A DNA stretch of 64,000 nt, from assembly GCF_009914755.1 (NCBI RefSeq), contig NC_060936.1; one strand, 5' to 3'. This DNA is from the human T2T-CHM13v2.0 reference genome, Homo sapiens. Below the pieces are notes generated by a model that was given only the letters and a program-made list of their open reading frames with translations, ran no database searches and was not told the origin of the DNA. This document shows positions 38,652 through 53,950 of the stretch, piece by piece. The first letter of the stretch is position 1; each line of letters starts with the position of its first letter. The position numbers and the translations under genes were made by a program.

Positions 38652-40376
38652 CTGAATATGTGTTTTTTAAAATAAAGATGTTCTCTTATATAAGTATAGT
38701 ACAATTATCAAAATGAAGAAATTAACATTGATACAAAATTATTAGCTACTTTAGAGGCTTATTGCAAATTTTGCCAATGGTCTCAAAAATATTCTTTATA
38801 GGAAAATAAAATTTCTAATCATGTGTTGCCTTCAGTTTTGTGTACCTTTAGACGTCTTTTTATCCACAAATCTGGAACAGTTCTTTCAACTTTCCTCTTA
38901 ATTCATGACCTCAACATTTTTGATGAGTATAGGCCAATTACTTCATAGAATGAACCTTAGACATTTCCTCATGATTAGATGCAAATTATGCAAATTTAAG
39001 CAGAAATACTAGGGAACCGATATTGTCTTATTCTCTGTGTGTGCATGTTGGGGGACAGTTCTCTGTTGGCTGCATTCCTGGTGATGTCAATTTTGGTCAC
39101 TTGGTTAAAGCACTGCCTGGCAGATTTCTCCACCGAAACCTACCTGTGTGTCCTTTGTAATTCAGTGAACAACTTGGGGCTAACTTGTTGGAAGACAATT
39201 TAAGATGATGTGAATCTCCTGTTACTCATGAAACCCTCACCGGATAGTTTTAGCATCCTCTTATGACCTTTGCCTGGATCAATCACTACTGTGAATGTTG
39301 TCAATGATCAGTTTGGATCATATCATAAGGAAAAACTGTCGCTTCGATCTGACTTTATGACAGTATCATCGAGTCATAGATTCTTATTTCATTTAATGGC
39401 TTACAATCTTTTAACATCATTACTTATTTTGATGCTCAAATTATCTTCAGTGTGTTCAGTGCTGCTGTTCCTGCATCCTTTGGACATATTCTGATCATTC
39501 TAAGGGCCCTTCCTCTTTTCTGACACAATAAGATAGGTGTTCCAGGTTCTTCTTGTACTAGGAATGAGACACTTTTCCAAGGAATCCTGGTTTCTTTTAG
39601 TGAAGAATGGTATTTAGAAACCAATATCTGGGTACTAGATGTGATTATTGCTCTTGGGATCTCATTGAGGACAGAGTTAAGAAAAACATCTATGTACATA
39701 CACATGCACACATACATATGTGTACACAATCTACCTCTATTTCTTTATCTGAATATATATATTATAAACTGGAGTTTATATATACCAATCCCATTCTAAC
39801 CCACTGCAGGTTTCATTTTGCCCATGTCCCTTTCTATATTTGTAACCCCTTCCCTTACGGTGAGACACCAGGCTCCCGGGTTCACAATATGTTTCTTATC
39901 TACTTGATAAGAAATATACAGAAAGTAGTTTCAGAATTGCTAATTCGTACTTTTGTCCAAAACAAATTTACTCACTATCATTCAATGTTTGTCTATGATT
40001 CTCTGTTGTCTTTAGCCTCAGGATTTATAGCCAAAATATGTGTCCAAAATTACTTGGATTAGTTCTCCCTTACCCTCCTGCAATGTGGTTTTGATATTCA
40101 TTAATACAATTAAGTTCATTTCTTTCCATTTGTAACCAATTCAGGGTTTTTACTCACCCGTGTTGATATTATTATCATATGTCAAACATTAACATGATTC
40201 CAAAGGTCAGAACTATACAAAAAAGCAACACCCTCCATCTTTTCTCCCCATCTTCAGCCCCCTTTATTTCTGCCTGGTTCTCACCCAATCCCTGTTAATA
40301 ACCAACCTTGTAGACTCTGATTTCTTTTCATGTGAGTTCATGTGTGTTACATGAATGAGACATTTGCTTATCTCCC

Positions 40377-40731
40377 TGCTATGGTTTGGTTCTGTCCCCA
40401 CTCAAATCTCACCTTGAATTGTAACAATCCACATGTTTCAAGGGCAGGACCAGGTGGAGATAATTGAATCATGGGGGTAGTTTCCCCTATATTGTTCTCG
40501 GGGTAGTGAGTAAGTCTCACAAGATCTGATGGTTTTGTAAATGGGAGTTCTCCTGCACAAGCTCGCTTGCCTGCCACCATGTAAGACATCCCTTTGCTCT
40601 TCCTTTGCCTTCCACCATGATTGTGAGGCCTCCCAGCCATGTGGTACTGTGAGTCCATTAAACCTCTTTCTTTTTTAAATTACCCAGTCTGGGGTATGTC
40701 TTTATTAGCAGTGTGAAAACAGGCTAATATA
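40377..40731 (+). mobile_element. THE1B/C solo LTR
   Basis: tgctatggtttgg...caaatctcaccttgaattgtaa...tctttattagcagtgtgaaaacaggctaatata. Confidence 0.92.
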
Positions 40732-40964
40732 CTCTGCTTCTTTCTTACACAGAAGTTAGTATACTCAGCCTTCTGCACCATGCTTTTTCACTTAGCAGTA
40801 TATTTTTGAAAGCACTCCATATTGCTTCATACAGATCTTCTTCCTTTTCTTATTGCAGCTCATGATACTCCACTGTGTGTATTTACTGTAGTTCATTCAA
40901 CCATTTTTCTGCATAGAGGTATGAATGTTGTGTCAAAATATTTTGCATTTAAAACCAATGTTGA

Positions 40965-41441
<477 letters not shown>

Positions 41442-42056
41442 CTAAGACTGTCTATTGCCTGTCGACTTCCCAACATTGTGTGTTATACTTGGTAATTTTT
41501 GTCAGTCTTATAGGTAAGAGGTGGTATTTGTAGTTTTCATCTGTATTTCTCTAATTGTGAGTGAGGCTCAATAGTTGTAAATATATATATATAAATAATT
41601 TTAATATATTTTTGTGAATATCTGTTCATATCCTTTACTCACTTCTCTCTCAATTTTTAAAAATCTTTTTCCTCAAATTTCAAGATCTGTATATTAGGGC
41701 CATTAGCCCTTTTAATGTGATATATGTGTTGCAAATATTTACTCCCAGCCTGTTATTTTCCTTTTGACTTTATTTATGGTATTTTTGTAATGCAAATTTT
41801 TTAATTATACAGGCAAATTTATTATTTTTTAAATTGCATTTAGATTTTGAGTCATAATTGTGAAGCTCTTCCTAAACCCAGGTTATAGAGGAATTCATCC
41901 ATGTTTTCTTTAGTGCTTGAAAGATGTAACTTCTTTGATTTATATTGCTGATCCATTTGAAGTTTGGTCTTATGTACGGTGTGGAGTGTGGATCTACTTT
42001 TTTCTTAATGGCTGTACAGTTGTCCTAGCACCAGTGATTTAAAAGTCAACATTTGC

Positions 42057-42204
42057 AGCAGGTGTGGTGGCTTGTGCCTGTAATCCCAACACTTTAGGAG
42101 GCTGGGGTTGGAAGACTGCTTGACCCCAGGAGTTCAAGACCAGACTGGGCAAAATAGTGAGACCCCATCTCTATTAAAAAAAATATTATAAAGAAGAAAA
42201 AAAA
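42057..42204 (+). mobile_element. FLAM_C monomer
   Basis: Single left Alu monomer with an A-rich tail. Confidence 0.85.
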
Positions 42205-42632
42205 CAGTCTATGTTTACCTCAGGATTTGAGATGCTACCTTTATCACTGACTAAACTTCCATATGTTCTTGAGTTTATATATGGACTTCATTCATTGGCC
42301 TGTTTTGCTATTCATGTACCAGTGCCATTAAGTACATTTTAAACTCATGCAAATTATTAATAAAATACCCACTTTACTCCTATAGGTAATTTACCATCAT
42401 TCTGTTAAGTTGAACTCTATGAAACCGCCACCATTCAATGAATCTTACTCTACAGAATTCTCATTTTCATATGTTTCAACCTAATATAACTATATGCATA
42501 ATTCGTGGACCATGTAGAATCGTTTAATGACTTATTCCAGGAAGAATATAAAAATTCTAGCCAAGTGGGCTTCAGAATTTCTATCCCTCATTTCTAAATG
42601 GCTTACAGACCTAACAGCTAATGAGCAGCCCA

Positions 42633-43577
<945 letters not shown>

Positions 43578-45439
43578 GCCCATGCTTGCCCCTGATCATC
43601 TTTGGCATGCCTGGTGTGAGACTGGGTTCCATGCGTGGCAGATAGATATTCAGGAAGCATCGATTTTCACTACCTTCAGGGACCGTTTGGCATTAACAGG
43701 GGAAGGCAAATTATGCACCTGCCCACATGCTCTCAACAGCCCTCCTTACACCGTGGGTTATGGAGGGAAGAAGAGGCAAAGGGCGGGCAGAAATTATTTC
43801 CAAAAGGAGCAAGATGAGAGTAATCCGCCTCTCTAGACCTTCAGTTATCCTCACACTTGGAGAGGGATGTGATTTTTCTTCTGCTGTGAATCCTTTGATG
43901 AGATACCATTTGAGTTGCTTGATTGAAAGTCTACGTTCAAGAAGCCCAAGAAAAGGCAGGGGAGAGATGAGATCTCACTTTGGGTATATATGTGAAAAGA
44001 GCCAAACATAGTACCCTTTTTTTTAATTAGGTGGTGTTAAAGATTGCCAGTTAGTGTCTGGGAGGCCTTACTGCATGAGTACAGCTTAGCAATAATTAAG
44101 CAAACATGCCGGGCATAAAACTCTTCAGCAAAGGTATTCCATCTTATAATACAAATAAACAAAGCAGCAGCATAATCCACCTACTGTCACCATGGCGGGT
44201 TCAACAGAGAGCAGCATCTGAGCTGTGACAGGGCTGCTCTGTCACTCTGTATAATGATTCTAGAATTTGGTACAGGAGCACATGTTTTCTGAGGATAATT
44301 AATACGGGGCTAAAATTCATTTAAAGCAAATCCTCTTACAATGTGTACTAGAATGTCATAATAATGAAAGAAGTATTTGTTTTAAATTTGTTTAAAAAAT
44401 AAATGGGATAAAAATGTTTTTTTCTTGTTATAGTTAAGAAGGAGTTAGGTTGTAATTGCAGCTATGCTTTGGCTCTTGTTAGAATTCAGCCCTAATCACA
44501 TTTTGAATGAGTTGCTTGGAAAAATATTTGCAAGCTAGAATGATAGCCTATCATAGCATATTTCATTTCTGTTTAACTTTTGTAATATAGCTATAAGGAT
44601 GCTTATTTTTAAAGTTTTTTGTTTTTTCATTTACAAAAAGGTTCAGAGGTTTCCATTAGTTTCTCATCTTAATCCTACAGATTCAAATAATTGTCTTCTG
44701 AAGTATGCATCTTGTCATGATCTCTATAGTTTTTCCTTTCAATTTTTAAGTAGACTAATTTTGCAGATCTTCATTTGCTAATGTTTTCTGGATACGCTTG
44801 GAGGACTGCTATGACACCCCTTTCAGCGACGTCATGAACTCTTACATCTTTTTATGAGATTTACTGTACAAGGGATTCTCATTGCATTTGCATTGTGAAC
44901 CTTGGTGGTCAGTGAGGGACATGCTGACATCATGGTGGGGAGGGACAGGTCTCGCTGTCAGCGTATCGGCGGCTTATTGAAAGTATCATGACTTTGTGAC
45001 TGAGGAGCCGGGAGAGTCAATATTCAGAAAAAGGGTCTGAATACTGGGTTTGTTTCCCCATGGCTTGGATTTGAAAAGATGCTGATCTGGGAGCTCTGAG
45101 TTTAATTTTTGGTAAGTCCTCTTGCCCCCTGAGTTTCAGATCAATCATGAAATAAATGCATCTATCCCTGGCTTTGGAAGCTGGAGACAGAACGTCTCCA
45201 GCATGGCATGCTAAGTAGTTGTAAAATTTTAGAGTGATCATCTTCCCCCTTGCACTTTGTTAATGTCCCTCTTCAGAAAATGTAGTCTCTAGCGTCTACG
45301 AGGGTGAGCATGAGCCAAGCCACCTGGGTCCCTAGGTCTAAGGTCCACAACCTTACAGCTGTACCTGGAAGGGATGCTTAGATGGGGCTCTTCAGAGAGG
45401 AGGATCTGTTTTCTGAAATTTTCATCACAAAGATAGGCA

Positions 45440-45690
45440 TGGTGGTGGTGAACAAAGGTCTTCCAACCAGCTGACCTCAATTCTGATCCTATCTGTTCTA
45501 CTTACAGCCTGTGTGTTGGTAGGCAAGTTAACTAACCTCTGTGTGCCTCAGTTTCCTCCTCTCTAAAGCAGATGTAATTGTAGTACCTGCTTCGATGGGG
45601 TTGTGAGGATTCAGTGGGCTAATATTTATTTGCAGGGTGCTCATAACAGTGTCTGGTGCACTGAAACTTCTCTGTCAATATTGAATATTA
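45440..45690 (+). mobile_element. MIR
   Basis: ggcaagttaactaacctctgtgtgcctcagtttcctcctctctaaa...gggttgtgaggatt...aacagtgtctgg. Confidence 0.85.
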
Positions 45691-46496
45691 CTAACAGGGC
45701 TGTTTTTAAACACCCATCAAACCTTCAATAAGCATTGAATTGTATCTTCGCAGTAAACAGACATTGTGTGTTGTGTAAAACAACTACCAAGTTTATTCTC
45801 AAAATTCTATTATTCCCATTGTACTATGATTTTGTTTAAAAAGCAGTGTCTTTGTATAATGACAGGAGTATTTGTAGCACAGAGGTTACTAATGGCGTGG
45901 CTCTGGGGTGTAAGACTTAGTCACATTAAAGGGTACTGCTTGGTGCCGTGGAGCGCAGCAGCCGTATTCCCTCCTTTCCGATCTTTGCCATCACAGATCA
46001 AAGTCCTGGGGAGAGAAGATCCACCTCACTCCCTGTTCACCAAGATATGGCACGTGTTATATTTCCTTACTTCAGATTTTAAATTCGAAGCAAATTTCCT
46101 AAGAGCTAAAAGCAATTGCTCATGAGAAAGTCTGAGCAGCAGACGTTCCCCAAACACGTGTGCAAATGCAAGTCCTTGTGTCTCAGGCGTGTCGGAATTC
46201 AACGAATAGGGAACAAACAAACCATCTGAAGACCCGTCTTGGAGGTTCATTCTCATTCTGAAGATGGAATTTCACTGATTAAAAAGGGGATGTTACGGAC
46301 TGCGTACACATTTCAGAGTCTCGGCTTAATTTGAGTTGCCAAAATGATTGGCAGGCAACAGTGTGGCAAATGGAATTTTGCTCTATGTGGAGTCTCTCTG
46401 TTTCTCTCCTTCCCTTAATCTCCCTCTTTCTCTCCCCCTCTGTCCAATTCTCCTGTTTCTCCAACATGACTGAAGGCGCTTCTTTAAACAAATTAA

Positions 46497-46670
46497 CGTT
46501 TTATGTTTTTAAATAATTACAGATTTGTAAGAAGTTGCAAAAATAGTACAGTGATTGCTCGTAGACCCCTCCCCCAGCTTCCGCTGGTGGTACCACCTCA
46601 TATAACCATAGTACAATATTGAGGCCAGGAAACTGGCATTGGCATAACATTGTTAACCGAACTACAGAGG
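46497..46670 (-). mobile_element. L1M (L1MC/MD-like) 3' end
   Basis: gaagttgcaaaaatagtacag...cccagcttcc...tataaccatagtacaat...caggaaactggcattgg. Confidence 0.75.
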
Positions 46671-47719
46671 ATGTTTGGGTCAGAATGTAGGTTTTAGGGT
46701 ACCTTATCTCTTTCCAGCTTATCTGTGTGACTGAAGACATTTTCAAAGGCAAGGAAGTTCAGTTGGAAAATTAGTTCCTTGAACACCTGCCAGAGTCTTT
46801 TTAGTGTCCGTTAGGAAAAGATGAGCTCGGTCTGCTTCTCCTGTATTTTTTTATTTTATTTTTTTTAAGGAATACAGAGAACTTCCTTCCTGTGCAGAGA
46901 TGCCATCTTCGCAGGCCCCTAGATACGTTGTGTGTTTCTGTATCATGAATGCAATGTGCAAGTATCCAACCATGACCATTTGCCAGGCATTGTTCTACAG
47001 CAGTGAATGAAACAGGCAACACTTCCTGCCCAAGTGAAGCTTATGTTCTAGTAGGCAAGATAAAAATAATCAAAATGTGCATGTGTGCCAAGAAGTGACA
47101 CAACTGAAGGGCGTAGTTAGTACAGCCTCCAAGACTGCACACCCTTCTTTCTGAATCTGGTATTTGTCAAGAAACCAATAGGTATTTGGGCACCGTCTGC
47201 CTTAAGCTAGATAACATCCGAGAGGCCCTCAGAGAGCTTAGCCTCAAGCCAGCTGGCAAAGACAGAGTCCCTGGAATTCCATCCTGCATAAAATGAGCCT
47301 TATGAACAGCAAACTCTCTAGGATGAGTGGGAAGGCTCTGGACTTCTGTGTGTTGGCTCACAGCTGTGTACAAGAGATGTACAATGCTAGACACTAAGCA
47401 CCATGGAATTGCACAGTGTACACAGGCTTTGTGTTCAGTTGTCATTCAGTTCTTCTAATGCTACAGTGAAAAGTCTTGTTCTCTGCTAGCATACCTCTAA
47501 CATCCTGACAGCACCTACTAATCTTGTTTTTTTTTTTTTGGCGAAAGGAAAGACAGGTCACTGTTTCCAAGTCTTCTTCTTTTCTATCTGGAATTTTAGA
47601 ACTTTGTTCTGCTTTCATTGTTTATGGTTATTTTCTTTTGATAGCCCAAATACAAAACAAACAAAACAGTGGTTTTCCATTTTCACTGTGGATACAATAT
47701 TTCTTTTCATTCACTTGGT

Positions 47720-48775
<1,056 letters not shown>

Positions 48776-48948
48776 TTCTAGATAGTGTATTATAATTTTA
48801 ATGTAATTAAAATATACTTTAATACTTAAAATCATCGTTTTAAGGAAAAAATATTCAAGAAGCGAATAATATAAGAGGATGGGCACAGATGTGGGAATAA
48901 CAGTGAAGTTGGCATGAGTCTCGCTGAAGTTTGGGAACCAACACTGTA

Positions 48949-49245
48949 TTTTTTCATTGCAGTAGCTTTAGAGGTACAAGTGGTTTTTGGTTATAGGGAT
49001 GAAGTACACGGTGGTGAAGTCTGGGATTTTAGTGCACCTGTCACCCAACTGGCGTACATTGTACCCAATAGGTAACTTTTCATCCATAAACCACCTCTCA
49101 CCCTCTCCCCTTCCGAGTCTCTAGCATCCATTCTAGCACTCTGTATGCCTCTGTGTATGCATAGCTAATTGCAGAGATATGGAATCGACCTAAATGCCCA
49201 TCAGCCAATGAGTGAATAAAGAACATGTGGTGTATATATCATCCA
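48949..49245 (-). mobile_element. L1PB 3' end with an inverted 5' segment (49167-49245 on + strand)
   Basis: Antisense L1PB terminus at 48949-49166 directly abutting sense L1 sequence aattgcagagatatggaatcgacctaaatgcccatca... Confidence 0.8.
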
Positions 49246-50621
49246 TATCTCTCCAGCTGCCTCCACCTATGGCTGCCGGTTAGATCACAGGAGAAATCCA
49301 CCCAGGTCACAGAATGTTGGACCATCGAGGTCCATTGCTGGATCTTTTCTATTGGGAAATTCATGGAGGACATGCAGGGAGACCTTGAATGATGTCTCCT
49401 CACTGAGAAACCCAAAGACTTTCTCCAATGGGTCTTCGCACAATGGTTTCACTGAGAGGGCCTGGACTTCTTGGAAATGTTTATGGGACTAATAACATAC
49501 ATGGAAACTTGGCGTGAACCTTCTTGGCAAGATCATTTTCACAAAGGACGCTCTTCCGTGAGCCAAAAGAAGCAGACTGGATTTTGTTTGCAACTTCACA
49601 AAGTGAATTCAAAGGCAACCCTCGCTTTATAATCAAATTAGTTCATGAGACCCAAAAGTCAAGGTGTGGAAGATGGAACCTTTGTTTCTTGTAGCTATAA
49701 CATTATTTTGGAAGCCGATTTTAAAAAATAAAAAATAAAATAATTACCAACAGAAATGAAAAACACATATGCAGATAGGTTTTACAAATATAAGTGGGTT
49801 GGCTCATGAGGGTAAGCCCTTTTTCCATCTCTCTGTTCACTGCTATATCCCCAGCCCTTGGTGTATGACTTGGCAAAAAATAAAGCCCCACTAAACATTT
49901 ATTGAATAAATGCAAAACCAAATGCCTAATATCAAACCTATTTCATAAACATTCCTTTTCATGGATGTTTTCTTTCATAATTAACTGAGTCTTCTTGCAA
50001 TAAAGATCAGGATTCCTCAGAGAAAGCATAGGCATTATTTACTTTTCCAAGGATGTTCAAAATATATTGACAATGGAGGTCATCAGTTCTGAAAATTCCC
50101 ACTGCCACCTCAGTGTACCTCTGTGCTCCTGAACCCCTGGGGATGCTGAGGATGGGATGACTTCCACTGACTGCCTCCCCAAAGCCTAGCTTAGACTGAG
50201 CTCACAGAATCACTCTGCTGCCAAAATCAGTGTTAGTTTGACTCAAGTTGCAGGTTGTAAGTAGGTAGGTCAGTCTTGACCCTGCAGGTTATTAACGTGA
50301 AGAACTTGCGGGTAGGGGGTGTGAATGTTTGGCCTTGTCAGTAAGCAATGAAATTGATACCTAAAGAGCAGAGGCGGTGATCATTCATCCTCTCCAACTT
50401 AAAATAAGCCCACTTAATTGAACAGTGTGATTCATAGACATGGAAGAGATTTGTTCTCTACTTGTAACCAATTCCAAACCCTGCATTAGGGATGCTAAGA
50501 GAGTCATAAAGCGTCACTCCTGACTGGGAGATTATACTCTGCTGCTAACGTGAATTTATGTGTAGTAAATAGACACATCCCCATGTCTCAACGCAGTGAA
50601 GAGAGATGCTTAGCATAGGGA

Positions 50622-50842
50622 CTGGCTTCTCAATCTCAATATCATCAGCGTTTGGGGCCAGCTAATTCTTTTGTGTTGGGCTGTCTGGTGCATTGTAAAA
50701 TATGGAGCAGCATCCCTGGACTCTACTCAGTAGAAAAAGTCCAGTAGCACCTCCACCTCTGCTCCAGGTCTGACAACCAAAATGTCTCCAGACATTGCTA
50801 AGTCTTCTTTGGGGGACAAAATCACCCTGGTTGACAACCATG
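50622..50842 (-). mobile_element. MER20
   Basis: gcagcatccctgg...ccagtagcacc...tgacaaccaaaatgtctccagacattgc...gggggacaaaatcaccctggttgacaacca. Confidence 0.88.
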
Positions 50843-51554
50843 AGCCTACACCCTTGACTTGCAGAGAATAGAGATATCTGGGTGGTCTGTGGGATGTGGG
50901 CCTTGTGATGGTCCCTCAAACATAACTGAAAATAGAACAGCAATTACATGGCTTCTTTGTCCTTTGCTGGGTGGGTTTTGTGTGTCAGGACTGATAATGG
51001 AGCCTTCAGGACATAAATCCTAAGAGATTTGTTTTTGAAGTTAAACACTGTGAAATAAGGAGGTAGTCCTCTCTCACGAATAAAGACAGAACGAAAGAGA
51101 GACTAGATGCCAAGCGTGCAGTCTTTAATAGCCCTTGCTTTGTAGGGGTGCACTCAGAAAATAAGAGAGCAAGGAGCTGCTTCTCAGCTTCGGCACAGAA
51201 GGTGATGTTCTTTCCTAGCTGTGGGGTATGGGGACCTCCTGGTTCATTAGTTCTGTCCTGCTTTGACTGGTGGATGAGGCCCAGTCATTTTATCAGTCAC
51301 TAAATCTCCCCCAACCAAGCCAACACCATGCTGCATGTGCCTAACAGCTGCGTATGCTCTCACCATGTTCCAATAAACAAACAGGATGAAGGGTGGACAC
51401 AGGGAAGAAAGCCTTTGAAGAAATGTGCAAGATTTATGCAAGAATACTGAGAGAAGTATTATTTTTCCAAACAGGATGAGGTTTATAGGTGGATTCACTT
51501 CTAGAATCTCACTGTATGTCAAGGAAATTCAGGTAGAGTTGAAAGACTGGCTTT

Positions 51555-51668
51555 TGCCTGTAGTCCCAGCTACTCTGGAGGCTAAGGTGGGAGGATTGTG
51601 TGAACCCAGGAGTTCAAGTCCAGCCTGGGCAACATAGCGAGACCCTGTCTCTTAAAAAAAAGAGAAAA
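51555..51668 (+). mobile_element. FLAM-type Alu monomer fragment
   Basis: gcctgtagtcccagctact...cagcctgggcaacatagcgagaccctgtctc plus A tail. Confidence 0.85.
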
Positions 51669-51699
51669 GTGGATTTCACCTCCTTTAAAAGGACTTTGG

Positions 51700-52018
51700 G
51701 GCCAGTGATGGTGGCTCACACCTGTAATCCCAGAACTTTGGGAGGCTGAGGCGGGCGGATCATGAGGTCAGGAGATCGAGACCATCCTGGCTAACATGGT
51801 GAAACCCCATCTCTACTTAAAAGAAAGAAAGAAAGGGAAAAAAATTAGCTGGGCGTGGTGGCAGGTACCTGTAGTCCCAGCTACTTGGGGGTGCTGAGGC
51901 AGGAGAATGGCATGAACCCAGGAGGCGGAGCTTGCAGTGAGCCGAGATCATGCCACTGCACTCCAGCCTGGGCAACAGAGCGAGACTCTGTCTCAAAAAA
52001 AAAAAAAAAAAAAAAAAA
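51700..52018 (+). mobile_element. AluY with an expanded (GAAA)n central linker
   Basis: gagatcgagaccatcctggctaac, gaatggcatgaacc, ggagcttgcag; ACTTTGG flanking repeat. Confidence 0.94.
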
Positions 52019-52194
52019 ACTTTGGGAGGCTAATCCATTGCAGACTAATCCTGAGTTTCTAACCAGCTCAGGGCAAAGGGCAGAGTCACAGATTCCCATG
52101 GGAGGGTGAGAGGTGGGATTCATGGAACATACCTGTTCTAATAGACAAACGCCAATCATGGCTGCTCAGATGTGAGTCTCCTACTTATGCACAA

Positions 52195-52665
52195 AATATA
52201 CATGATTACAAAACACATAAATGTTCACATCAGCTTTCCTTTTGATGGCTGAATAATATACCACTGTATGCGTAGATCACCTCATGAACAAATGAGCAAA
52301 ATGTGATATTTACATGCAATGATATATTATTCAGCCATAAAAGGAATAAACCACTGGTACATGCTACAATATGGATGAACCTTAAAAACATGATGCTAAG
52401 TGGAAAAAAAAAAAAAGCCAGGCACAAAAAGTCACGTAATACATGAATCCATTTATATGCAATGCCTAAAATAGGCAAATCCATAGAGACAGAAAGTAGA
52501 TTAGTTGTTGCCAGGACAACGGGAGGTGGCATGTGGGGAGTGATTGCCAATGGGTTTGGGGTTTCTTTCTGGGGTGATAAACACATGCTGAAATTAAGTA
52601 GTGGTGATAGTTACACAACTTTGTGAATATACTAAATACTGAATTGTATACTTGACAAAGTGATA
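52195..52665 (+). mobile_element. L1MB 3' region containing an inverted duplication
   Basis: ttattcagccataaaaggaa...atggatgaacctt...ggcaaatccatagagacagaaagtagattag...tgtgaatatactaaa. Confidence 0.88.
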
Positions 52666-53486
52666 TCCCAAGAGATGATGTGTGTCATGGAAAAGGCTAT
52701 TGACCTTGACTTTTCTTTATTGCCTCTAAACTAACTACACGTTGAACATTGAGCCAATTTTCAAAAATTTATTCTACAGATGGTTTTTCCATTAGGTGGC
52801 CACATGTTTTGCTTTGCCCATTACTTGACAAGGTTCTTAGGACCAGACCACTCTTTCTAATTTATTATTATGCTTTGTACTGTATCACATTTAGAAACCC
52901 CCTCAACATTGTTGATTAGTGAGAATGGCCAAAACAAGGACCAGTCAACTTCAATCAGATACGTGGGTTGAAGGTAGCACACTTCTGCGCCTATATGGCT
53001 GGCCAGGGATATAGGTGAGGGAAGCTCCCAGGGGAGAGGGAGAGGTAGTGGTAAGAGGCTACTTGAAAGGGCCTCAGCATCCCCCACCATAATCTCCATT
53101 AGCCAGGCCCTCAGGCCACCCAGATCAACACATAATCTAATGAAGACACTATCTCCATGATGCAGACGCAGTTCTGATGCAAACTCCCCACCTGCACACC
53201 GCGGCCAGCCTTTGGTACACCCCATCCCCTGCCCCTTGGCGCTCATCTGGGAGGGGCCGTAGTGAATGGCACTCACACATGTGCCCTGTTAAAGGGAGCA
53301 GCCACATGACAAGTCTCCTTGATGTCAGACATGCCAGAACCCAAGAACATAGCAACCAGAGTTACTGGCTCTAAAGAGAAATTAGAAATGGAAGCTGACA
53401 GCAGAATCGCTTCTCGACCACCACTGCGCAGTTTGGGGGACTTGACTGTGTCTCTCGGTTTAAATCATGCCTCAAAGCAGAAGGAT

Positions 53487-53950
53487 GCATTAGCTCCCTG
53501 CGGCTGCCATAACAAATTGTCCCAAACTTGGTGGCTTGAAACAACAGAACTTTGTTCTCTCACGTTTCTAGAGGCCAGAAGCCTGAGATGAGGGTGCCAG
53601 CAAGGCCATGCTCCCTCCGAAGGCTCTAGAGAAGGCCCTTCCTTGCCTTCGCCGGCTGTCCTCGATGGTCCTTGGCTTGTGGCCACATCTCTCCAACGCC
53701 TGCCCCTGTCTTCGTGTGAATTTTCCCTCTGTGTTTCTCCTGTGTCTCAATATCCCTGTCCTTTCTCTTACTAGGACATCTGTCTTTGAATTTGAGACCC
53801 ACCCTCATCCAGAAGGATCCAGAAGGCTCTCATTTGGAGATCCTTAACTAATTCCATCTGCAAAGGACCTGTTTCCAAATCAGGTTGCGTTCTGAAGTTC
53901 CCCGTTTGATGTGAATTTGGGGGTGGGTGAAAGGCAGCATTGACCCATGG
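53487..53950 (-). mobile_element. MLT1B/C solo LTR
   Basis: gctgccataacaaa...ggtggcttgaaacaacag...ccatgctccctccgaaggctctag...catctgcaaaggacctgtttccaaat. Confidence 0.88.

Noticed and set aside
44205-44246. Two mutually exclusive small hairpins (AGAGCAGC/GCTGCTCT and GTGACAG/CTGTCAC)
   Set aside because: Stems of 7-9 bp are expected by chance in 64 kb; there is no other support.
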